From: Catajapyx aquilonaris | Lineage: Eukaryota | Direction: 5' to 3' | DNA: 64,000 nucleotides | NCBI GenBank assembly: GCA_000934665.2 | Contig: JYFJ02001042.1 | Location: 1 to 64,000, forward strand | In this document: piece after piece, positions 13,001-25,000 of the stretch | Layout of the letters: every line of letters begins with the position of its first letter | Position numbering within the stretch: position 1 is the first letter of the stretch | The notes under the pieces: generated by a model | Databases searched by the model: none | What the model was told of the DNA's origin: nothing | The model's input: the letters and a program-made list of their open reading frames with translations, nothing else | Program-made: the position numbers and the translations under genes

Positions 13001-16000
13001 TTGGTGGAGCCACATCTAAAAGAGCAGTCATGTTACAAAACCTTACCTACAAGAGATGAATGTGCTGGAAAATAATTTTTTAAAATGGAATCTAGATGCT
13101 TGTAGCTGTCATACAAAATCTGCCATGCTCAATCCCAAACAATGCAAATCTTACTCTAAGAAGAGACAAGCTCTTGTGCACACTCCACATAAATACACTT
13201 TCAGCAATGTCAAACTGATTGTTGCAATAGTCATGCAGTTCTTCATTCCGTACTCACCAAAAAAGTAACAGTAATGAGGAATCATGCCTAGGGGAATTGC
13301 ATGGAAGAATAAAACGGGGAAAACATCATGCACAGGTTAATAATAATGCAAGTCACTCAATTCTCAAAAAACACGGTTGGGGCACAACAACAACAATGAA
13401 AAGATGTGTCGAAGCATGTTCGTTCGCTGCATGGATATTTCTCCCTGCAAGAGAAGTGGTACGACAAAAGTAGAGGTGGAAAATTTCCATGGCATTCGAG
13501 AGAAACTCTGCATTCGTCCTGCCGATGGCAAAGTGCATTAGCCAGACATTTCCCAAAAACAGGAGTGAAACTTTTACAAATCAGCCAAAAGAGTGGACAT
13601 CAGATAATGATACAAAATATACGGACGCAATAATGAAGGGGGAAGAAAATAAAAGGACACACGACACAGTAAAAGCTGATCCAACACTGACCCTTGCTGC
13701 ATCACATCACATGCACATTCACAGTCCAACAGCAAACTGCATTTATAACTGTTGGGAAAGAGAAAGAAAAAAAAAAAACAACCACCAATTCCCACTTAAC
13801 TACTTCTACACCAATTTGATTTTTCAAAAATCTCCATCTACTAGGAAATAAAATTTAGAAATGATTGAAATGAAAGGACTCAAATTTTTGGTGTTTACCT
13901 CCATCCATTGCACTGTGAACGGGAGAATAAAACGGGCCCTCATCATCTGACGTTAATTCCTGGTAAAGCAAGTCTGACGTTTCGCCTTGAATCGGGAGAG
14001 AAGGGACGTGTATTGTGCAGGAGAGGGGGGGCCATTAATCACCCATCAGCAACAAAGACGGCACTCACACATATAACCACCAAAATATAAATTTTGCCTT
14101 TCAAAATTTTCTTTTGTGCATTAAAAAAATGCATGTCGTGCATGTGGGACGGAAAAAAAAATCAGAACAACCCACCGCACACCTCTCAACTCACACACAA
14201 AACCTTCCCAACGACCACAAACAAACAAGGTTAAATACCTCTTCCCCACTTGGGAATAGGACTGATGGCCCCGGCAGTTGTTGGGGAGCGTTTGCTCCCC
14301 AACAATGGAGGGAGAGGCGAATGAGAGGGAGACGGGCCTGGGGAAATTTGCTGCCTCACAGTCGGAGCCACTGCAATTCCAATAGGAAACGGGCAGAAAA
14401 GAAACCAAAAAAGGAAGTATGTATTACGGCTATTGAGATATGCAACAATGTCAATGTGGTTGGGCTTGTGTACCTTTTTCTTGGAAGAACTTGTACTGAG
14501 GTGGCGGCGATGGAGGTGGCAACGGTATAGTTTCTGGAAAACATTGTCGCAATCACAGCGGTTATGTTGACAGTGTAAAAAGTAACTTCACTACATTCAA
14601 AACTTAATATTGTTTGATCGGGGGATGAGGTAACCTTGAAGACTAGTAGGAAAGTGGGGCACAAAAAAATTGAACAAAATATTTCACACAGCACAACAGT
14701 TTGTAAAAAAAAATGAATAAGAGTGAGTGTAGGATTGCATAAGACAAGGTGCTGCAAACTATGTGAAATACCTTCCTTGGGAGGCCTAACTATTACAGGA
14801 ACTCTCCTCGGCCTGTCTTCTATTGCTGAAAGAAAACGTTCTTAGTTGGCTGTTGGCAGCGTAAAAAGAGAGAGAAAGAATAAAGATCAGAAAGCTGTGT
14901 ATCAGTCATGATGTCGAAATCTACGGATGCTGTTAATTTCTGCGAGCATGGTAGTCACATAGTGGAGTACACAAAAGGCACGGCAGTGTTAATTGTCTAT
15001 GAGATTTACTCTAAAACACTTTGAGACTGTACCTCGTCTACTAGTGGTTGGGGGAGTAGGTACGTCAAATATTTCATTGAAGTTTACTTTAAAGAGATCA
15101 TTGAAATCATCTTTCGGAGGTGCAGCTGTTCAAAAAGAAGGAGAGAAAGACAGGTTGAAAAAATAGACCACACTGGAAGAAGATTATTATGTTCTTTTTA
15201 AAAATATGTACAACTTTGTGAATCTTCTACGGTTCAACTCTACCTATTATTCCTGAAAAAATTACATCCATGTTTGCGTAGCACAGTTAAAGCTTTTCCT
15301 TACCATTTAATCTCAAGGCACTCATGTCAGGTGGAGGAGGAATTGCTGGAGGCTCATCTTCCCAGGTAACAGTCACTGCATCTCTGACCTTTCCAACAGC
15401 ACCAATGAGCTGGAAAAAAATCGTGGCTGTTGAGACTCTCCATTACTTCAAAATGGACAGTGCCGATGCTTTACTCACAGCTCTGTTGTAGTCTCGCCAT
15501 CTGGACACTGCATGTTGATCATTCGTGTTCAAAGCTACTGCCTTTGCTGACTGAACCATCATTGGCACGCCTACGAGAAACAGTATTGGGAACTAGAACA
15601 GCGCAGGACACACGTAGCCTAACTAACCACATTAATTGAAACACCGTAGGCTACAAATGCAATATTCAAAAGTCACATTGTAAAGTAATGACATCATTCC
15701 ACTAATAATTGCACAAAGTGGTAAAGCAAAATAAAACCCTTGAAATTAAAATACGCTATGTAACTATACACACAACACTCAGAGTACGAAAGGTGGGTTG
15801 GGTTAATTTTTCGGTTTCACCTGAGATTGAACGGGTGGCATCAACTTACAGGCTTGCAGTTCTTCGGCTGCTTTGTTGATCTGAGCAATGAACTGCGGAT
15901 CCTCTGAATTGTCTGATTCCTGCTTGGCTATCATGAGCACGCGATTGGCCAGGCGTGCAATGCTCGAAGTGTTGTCCACCATCTTCTGTGGCTGCTGGTT

Positions 16001-19000
16001 GCGGATGGCATCCTCACAGAGAATGGTGTGTCTTTTCATCTGTTCCTCTGGGGACGTGCATTGGGCACAAAACATTAGGGGATGGGAAAGTCAAGGAAGG
16101 ATGGGGAGCAGTGCAGTTGGGATGCGGCTCATGCAAACTTAAGAAACCTCAAAATTATAAACGAAAGTAACTGCGCTACCATTTCCATAAATTCAATGCA
16201 AAATTAAACGGAACGCAAATGAAGGTGATCAACTGCAACCTTGCACCCTAGATATAACGCTGCAAATTAAATGACCTTACTTTGAAATTAAATGACTAAG
16301 AGCCCTTGTAATATTCAATGCACTAAGCTGTTGCATAGTTTCAAGGTGTGATGGGGGCGAAAGGATGTGATAAAATATAATTAGCTGACCTGTCTGCCTA
16401 ATGAACTGTGCTGTGTCAGTGGCGTCATCACAGAGATTCCTCATCCTCTGTACGCTGTCTGCATACTGTGTTCGCAAGTTCTCAAAATGCTCCACCGCAG
16501 CCTGGTTGTCGGGATAGGTCATCCTTATGTGACCAGCATTGACCATCTGTGGGGTCAAGCTCTCCACCTGGTTGGCCGAGGACAGCAAGGCCTCTGCCAG
16601 TTTCTTATTCCCTCCACTTCCACCAGCGGCCACCATCCTGGATGTCTTTGCCGCTCTGGTTGAAAACAGCTGCAATCCTTGCGCTTTTGCACCAAAGTTC
16701 TGCTCACGCCCTGGTGTTCCTAAATTGGGTATAAAATGTTGTAAAAATCCGTCTGCCTTGTACACAACACCAACGTACCTTCAGGAACTTCAACCGCTTC
16801 CGTAAACTGCTTGAGCGGAGTAATAATGTCGATGAAATCTTCAACCACCCTGTCTACAAGCGCACCCTGAATCTTGTTCTTCAGTTCATACAGCTTCTGG
16901 GACAGCATCCTGCAAAGCATAAATTTGTTAGAATCATATAGCACTTCATGAAAAAGTAAGCCCCAAAAGTTTATCCTAACTATAGTCAGCAACCTGCAAT
17001 GTTCCCATGTTCACAGTGAAGCATGAGTCGCAGGGGCAGCAGCAAAGAGCGCGGTTTTTTCCTCGCTATAAATAATTATGACATTATTAAAATTACACAT
17101 CTCGAGGGACTAACCCATCCAGCAAAAAAAAATTAACAGCGGCTCTGCCAGCTGAGTGTAAATATTCTCTGCTGTTGCAATAAACATGTCTTCCTGTAAC
17201 TTTGCATGGCCTATTTATAGTATAGGTCGCAAATGTGGCTGGGGTAAACAATCCACGTCTTCTCTCTACGACTTTCCAATATATAGGACTTGGGGCAGAA
17301 CGCCACTCTGTATAATTCAAAAGGCTTCAACTTCACCCGTGTGGCGTGCGGCCCATGAGAATTCGCGTTTTCTCGCCAATTTGCATTCATATTCGACCCT
17401 CAACGGGGGGGATGAAGGAGAATGTATGAATTACGCAACTTCCGGGCTCGCTCTACGCATTTGCTAAATTCCCGAGGTGTCCGCAATAAGTCCCGCGGAA
17501 ACCACATTTTGTGCACAGTATATTTTTGGAGAGATAAATGACTCACTTAACATTTGAAGCTATGCACATGGCTTAACACTTGAGGGTGAGGAAGAATTCA
17601 AGGAATTTCCAGCTGGTACGTACCTGGTGACTGCATGTGCTTGAGGCGAGTTCCCTTGACCTCTCTGGCAGAGGTCACCCAGCTGGTGGGTCAACGAGTG
17701 GACCTCATCGCACAGCCGGACCAACTCGGCCTTTTGGACCCCGGGCAGCCCCTCGGCGACCTTCCGCCCTTCCTCGACCACCAGCTCGATTGCCCTTTGC
17801 CCCAGCCCGCGGTCGTCCTGCCCCGGGTTGGTCAGCCACCTCCTGGCCTGCTCCAGCCTCCCTGAGACAGTGTGGGCCGGCTGCTGCATCCCGCTCTTGT
17901 CCACGTTGGTCACCGCTCGTTGGGTCAGTCGTCCCATCTCGGCCAGCTTGGTCTGGATGGCCCGGGCCAGGCTCTGCCCCTGGGCGCTGGCCCCCTTTCC
18001 ATCCTGCCTCAGCTCGCACAGGGCGTCCGTCATTGACCCCAGGTCACCGCACAGTTTCCTCAATGCCTCCCTGTCCCCGCCCAGGGCGCGGTCAGCTATC
18101 CTGGTACGGGTCATCTCCAGGATTTGCCTGACTGACCTCTCCCCGACACCTCCTCTGACCGCCAATGGGTCTTCCAGCCAATCGTGGGCCGCCTGCATCT
18201 TGCTCTCAACAGCAACCATGGCCTTCTTCATCACCGTCAAATTGTCCGCGTCCCATTCGTCCTCGTCGTACGTGGTCAGCTGGAGGACTCTGATTATCTC
18301 GTTGATTTCATCCGTCATGCGACGTGCCAGGTAATTGCGGTTCTCCGCCGATTCTTCCGCACCTTTGCCACCTGGAGTTCAACACAGGTGCAAACACTGT
18401 TATGCAATAATGTGTCAACCCACAAAACTGTCAAAATTGAGTGAAGCCCAAGAAAATACATCCATTCAGTTTTTAATAAATGCAAGTAAAATAAATTATC
18501 GAAAATGACACTGAATTAATTTTACAAGTGTGGCAAACCCCTTTTTCTCAAAACTGGTCTCGTGTGGGTTGACTCATTATTGCATAACACCGCCAATTTT
18601 ACAAACTTTGTTTCCTGATGGGAAAGGTGAAATTTATACCGGTACGTCCTAGTTTGTTTCGACAGGAATTGATTGCAAACACACAGCTGTTCCTTTATCG
18701 GCAAACTCGGAGTGCAGTACATCGATTATAGCACAACCGCCTATAATTTTGTCCTTCACAAGTTTCGTAGCCACTGACATTTACTCTATCGATCATGAGC
18801 CGCACAAGGTATAGCTTACCTTGTGTGATGATCTGGATAAAGATCTTCATGCTGCAGATCAGGATGGGTGCCAGAGTCTTGACCTGATCCAAACACCTGA
18901 TCAGTATCTCCCTATGCACCTGGTGGGTCAGCTCCTTTTGACGACCATCAACCTCTCTGGAAACCTACAAACGATCCCATTAATGAATTTACTAGATCAA

Positions 19001-22000
19001 ATCCTAAATTTTGGGTAATTACACTTAAAAAAAAGTTTGGTCTTTGGACCATTCAGTGTACAAAGTTTCAGCACTCTCAGTAGTCCGAAAGTGAGTTAAG
19101 TAGCTCGGACATACAAACATACAAACTTTATGATTTATTTATTAGTCACTTATTGAATTGCCTAAAACGGGACGTACTTTACTAAGGCACGGGCTGAGGT
19201 CCTTGACGAATTGCACCAGATCTGCCATGGTCTCGATGACCTCTGCCACCGCCAGGTAGTCCAGCACTTTCTTGCATTCTCGTATGATTTTCCTAACCTC
19301 GGATTCGTCGAAGCAGAGGAGCAAAGCGGACGTTCCTTGCAGGATGCCCCTGGAGCCTTCGATCAGCTTCTTCCTGCGGCGGAGACATCTCATTAATATT
19401 ATACGACCACGACCCGTGACCAGCAATATTGTGGACTGACCTTGCTGGCCCGGAGAAAGGGTCGATCTTGAGCATTCCAGATGCATCTTCCAGTTGTCTA
19501 GAGGCGCCTTCGACACGGTACAAAGCAGCGGGCATGTCCTGCTTCAGGATGGCGTCGTCGCTGCTGTTGATCGTCTCTCTTCCAACCTATAGGGTCATAC
19601 GTGGTGTGTCATATTGCAATAGACAGCAGGTCATGCAAAGAACTCACCTTGACCAGGTTGGCCACTGCTTGACTGACCGCCAGAACCGGCTTCTGCAAAT
19701 CCGGCATTGCGTTGCCATCTTCAGCTTCTTCGTGGAGGATGACCAAACGAGACACCTGCAGACATCATGATTGTGCTCTTATTCATATTCACATGGACAA
19801 GTATATACATAAAATTTACGCTATTTAGGTCTTTTTTCTCATCGAACTGATTTGAGCTTCAGGTCTGCTACCTTACTCCTAGAAATGACTACATATTAAT
19901 TTTGTTAAAAAATTTCGTGGTCCCGGATATGAGGTTCATTTCCCTAGTTCGGTTCTATTTTAGCGGCAAGTCCCGGATTTGTAAAAAAAAATATACGGGG
20001 AGAATTTGTAGATCTGGCACATTGTCAAGTGGGGGAAGAGTAGAAAGCGGGGTTAGCCCATCCCCCCCTACCCACGCCCCCAACTTTTATTCCCTTAGTT
20101 GAGTTCTTCGCCCCCGTCCATATATATACACACACAAAAAAGCCCCCATCTAATCTTACTTTTTGTTACAATAGTCAAGATCGATAACATTCTCCGTCTG
20201 GAGCCTCACCCTCGATTAAACAATGTCTACAATATAGAAACCCCACACATCTCCATCATTGTGCAATATATTTAAAAAAATCATGGCCAATGAGCCACTG
20301 ACAACCCACGGACAACTTATGTCCAATTAGATTTGAAGGTTAAAACGGGATCATTTGCCCTCGTTGGCTGGCTCCAAAGTTTGGCAAAGTTGACTGTAGA
20401 TCTGGCCAAGATGACATGGGGGTAGGAAACCTCTGGTGATGGGGGTGTACTAAGCAAGAATAGGAGGAAAAGGGGGGTGTGCGGGGGAGGGCCAGGAGCC
20501 AAGCAGGCAGGAAGAAGAAGCAGAATGGGGCGAAGATGGGGCGCTTTATTTTTAGGACAACCCACCCCCGTACCCATCAAATGCACTCTGACTCACCCTC
20601 CATTGCTTGGATTTGCCTGTCTGCTGGACATGTTCCTATTTGTACCCTCAAGAGTATAGGAATATTTTCCCCATAGAATAAAATGTGACTCGGTTTGTCC
20701 GGTGCCATCTATATGCAGATATGGTACTACGTCCAACAAAAAACCTTGATGCAAGTCCCTGAAAACCGTACAGTGTAGTTGCTCATATCGATCGCAAAGA
20801 GTCTGCCGATCTTTTTTTTTTTTTCCTTTTCTCTCAGTAAGATCAACCAAACATGACCAGAAAAACATGGGGAGGAATGCGCAGTGCAACCCACGTCTAA
20901 TGCCTTGAAAGGGAATGACCTCTTGTGATAATTTTACAGCCGTCTCGGGGAAACACATCAGTTTGATCCATCGAGTCACGTACTGCGGGTTTTTGAGGGT
21001 ACAAAGTGCTTTTTTTTAAAAAACAGGGTCTCGCCTTGGCTCTGTAGGGTCATGCTATCAGTTACAGTTCGTTGGAAAATGACTATAGCAATCCTGTTGC
21101 TAACACAAAATATACAAAAAAAGTGTGCCAAAAATGGCGGAATATGTATGGTGACAGAAGGACATTATGCGGTCAGCGAACTGATACTAAATCTTAGTAT
21201 TGACTACGGATTGAGGCCGAAGTTGTGAAACTTTCGGGAAGAGAACTTGCGTAATTATGGCCTACATGGAGACAAAATGTCCAATACTTGCGCAGAAATT
21301 CGCTTCGTTACTTTATGTATAATAAGATGAGCCGCAGTGTTGGAAACTGCATAGTTTGCTCAAATTGCATTATTTATATTGAGCGCCCGGGGAAGCAGAT
21401 GTAAGAGGTGGAAATTTAATTGTACGCCAAAAAAACAAAAAAAAACGTGTGGGGATAGGCTTACAGTATCATCCTGTGCTGTGTGCACAAAGAAACTTTT
21501 CATGAAATGCCAGGTGCTTTTATATGCAGCCTGGTTCTGCCTCAAAGTTTGCTCTTCTTGCCCTTAGGCCCACTAATTCATTAGCCTTTGCAGGGGGATA
21601 TACACCACATACGTATAGAAGATAAACAGTACCTTTTCGGCATTATCCTCATAAAGATAACAGGCTTAACATGCAGCTGGTAAAATGTCACTATTTCTAC
21701 AGTTTCTACAAAAGTTGACACCCTATAATTTTAGATCTATATATCCATAAACCGCTTTATGCATCTGCAATACTGTTATAATCCAATTATATCCGGACAA
21801 CACGAGCTCAGCTAAAACCACTGCCTGGAACCCACATTTTAGCCAAAATACCTCCGCCCTGGAACAATACCAGTCAGCTTTTTCCCCCCTTCCCCCTAAA
21901 AGTCGGCGATAAATATTTCCTATGGGCGCATATAATCCCCCCCGAAGAAATATTGGTGTCGGTGCAGCAAAACAACAGAAGCAGAGTCAACAAGAAGTTT

Positions 22001-25000
22001 GGTGGAGACACATTTTCCCATTCCTCTCTGGCCCTTTGCCCGAAAAAGCCCTCCGGAGCTGCCCCACTATTTCCATATAGACCCAACTTCGAAGGCTCCA
22101 TCTTTATTTCCAAGGCAGAAGAAGAAACACAAGTGGTAATTATTTTTAACACTGGGAAGCCTCTAGCTCTTGCTCCATTACCAACATTCACCTTCCAACC
22201 AAAGAGTACATACGAGTGATGGCCAAGTCCTGCCCTACACTGTTTACACTTTCACTTCGCCCACCTGCCCTTGTTTCTTTTCCAGCTCTCAATTATCTAC
22301 CTTGAGGGACGTCCAGGTATTAGATAACCGTGTCCCACTATGTAGAATTGGCTAAGCTCTGTCCGCCGTGACTCATCACCAACGTGCATTACAGTTCTAG
22401 TTTTCCCCGAGAGCTGCAGTAGTGTGCCAGTGCGCCACCTGGTAGTGGAATATCGTACTACGTCCAAATGGAATCTCCCAGCTCATATTCCCTTTGCTGA
22501 CAATATGAACAGGATAACACGTGCTGTAACGATGTTTGATGTATGAGTGTCCCATCCTAACATGCCTGCCAAACCACTCAGGGTAATAGGCCCCCCCCCT
22601 TAAAGCATCGGATGTGGCGCCTTCCTGATCAAGAGAGCTCCCTAATGGATGTGTGCCCTGGGAATGTGTGGACACATGTGTCTGACCCAACCTACAGGGC
22701 TCCCCAATCCTTCAGCTAAAAAAAAAAAAAAAACACACACACACACACAACAGGCGGCTGTTACGTTACTGTACTGTACAAATGTCATTGGAGCTGTTAC
22801 ACGGACGTTGGCCCTGATGGCCTCGTGCATCGTACGACCTTTACAATGCTGATTTTTCTTCTTCATGAAGTCAGCACGCATTCCAAGCTGCGAAAATTTC
22901 ACAACTCCCCACACACATAAAAGAGCGCCAAGCCCTTTAAAGGGCATCCACTTGGTGACGTCAAATGTCACGTCACACTCTGATGCGTAGGAAGTGGGAC
23001 AAGTTCCTAGATTTTTTTTGTGTGTGTGTAAGTAACAAGTCGTTTATCTTCACTCGCACAAGTCTAGAGATAAAGCCGAATTAGGCCGGTTATCTCCCAA
23101 GTGCATTCCATTCCGATTTGTAAAGCTTCTTGGGGAAGAAATGTTGCAAAACCCGGCGCCAAAGTGGCCTGAATGCGGTGGAAATCCCGTTCGGTCAACT
23201 GGTATAATGTGGGAAACCAGGTCCGCCCACATTGTATTTCTTCCAGTCGATCAATCCCAAAGTGCAACGCACTATATTTATTATTCGGTACCAAACCTGA
23301 CTATATTCGCAATTCTGAAGAAATTGAAATATGTATTGACTACAAATCATTCATAGAGTCGTGACATCATTTATGACATACTTATAATTTTTTCGGCATC
23401 TTTTGAACAATTTTCCTATTTGTTAATCTAATCCACAAAAGCTCTCAGAATAAGCCAGTAAATAATGTACACATGGCCCAGACACCCAGCCCAAAGTCGT
23501 GCCAACATAAACGAGACTGTAACTATTTTTTTTCCGTTTCTGAATGACTAGTTGTGTAACGTGTTGCCAACATATCGTATATCACAGTACGATAGAATTT
23601 CCATTCTTTTTTTATTATCCGGCTTTGCAGGCTCTGGCTGTGATTACGCTTTAATAGGGCCTAAGTAGCGTGTGTCCGGGACTCACTCAATAATTCAAAC
23701 TGAATTGTCCTAAAGAGAGAGCGAGAGCTAGAGAGGTCGGGGGTTGACCTTCCCAATGACGTTTTGTGGGACCCCCACCCCCCGAAAACTCTAGCCCCGA
23801 CCCACCCACCCATCCCAGGCATTTTGCAGATCAATATTGGGCAGGTGGAAAAGCTCCACCTCTCTCTCTACACGAGTTATTACACCTTGTCTTTCAAGCT
23901 GTCAATTTGAGTTGGAACGTCAAGATTAGTCAGATCACACCAAAATAATGTTTATCTCCAACGAGTGACATCTCCATTTTTTGTTTCTTTTTTCCTAATG
24001 CAGACACGGTGCACGGTGCAACGAACCCGGATTTAATTATTTACCCATTTAAAGCCATACCTGGCTCGAGTCCAGCAGACTGGTTGCTGGGGACAACAAC
24101 TGCAGCCTGCTGGTTGCTAATACAGCATCCCATTTATTTTATATACAAAAATGGAGGTCATGTTGATCAGTATTCGTCCGCATGCAGCCAGGCAGCAATG
24201 TGACCCCGATCTTAGGAAGATGTATTGCCACTTCCATTAAACTCTGTCATGCATAGCACTCATCAGCAATAGTCGCACGATTCCTAGGCCACACCCCAAA
24301 GATAGCGGCCATGAACTTTCTCTGATTTAATTAAAAGTAACACGTCCCGATCGACGTGATTTGCAATGGATCCGCAATGCAACGCTCGCAATTACGCCAC
24401 GTGCAACAATGCACCGCGACCTTGAAGACATCCGTTGCAGTCATCGAATTTTTACACTCTCTCGAAAAAAAAAAATGGTGTCGGGCTACGCCCTTGGGAG
24501 GAGCCCCCCGTAAAATTCGTGTAGTGTTGGGACCCGCCCCAACTTAAAATCTGGTCTGAACAGTCTCAAGGGACCATTTAAAGCCCCGCCCCCGCTTATA
24601 ACATTAAATCAAAAGACACACACACGTGCGTTATTCCGACGCGTTCCCGCGCGCCTTAAAAATAGGCGCGAAATATAAACAGGATCGGAGGGAAACGGGG
24701 TCAACTTTTTTTCCCCCCCCGCCCCCCGCCCCCTTCCCCCTTTCTCGGTAAGGAAATGTGTGTGTGCACAATCCGTGACGTACACTTTATCACCTGCGGT
24801 TTTCTTCCGTCTGATATCGCACGTGGAATATAACCGCACGTCATTTCCTAACCATCAGTTACGTAACTCCCCATCTTAATATGCAGTTAGCTCACCCCCC
24901 AGTTAAAACCGCCCACCAGCTTTAAAGTTTGTCATCCATTCTTACTTAACAACTAATGTAGCTAATAAGTAACTAATCAACCAATAAATAGCATCTTAAC

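Noticed and set aside
13353..13556. Additional vinculin hinge exon from the minus-strand ORF
   Set aside because: Acceptor-like sites are present, but I found no convincing in-phase donor.
13899..13912. 14-nt micro-exon using the internal acceptor gttcacag
   Set aside because: It would shift the frame. The 87-nt exon from the upstream AAG acceptor explains the donor better.
17635..18444. Several long plus-strand ORFs
   Set aside because: They are antisense shadows of the GC-rich 748-nt vinculin exon.
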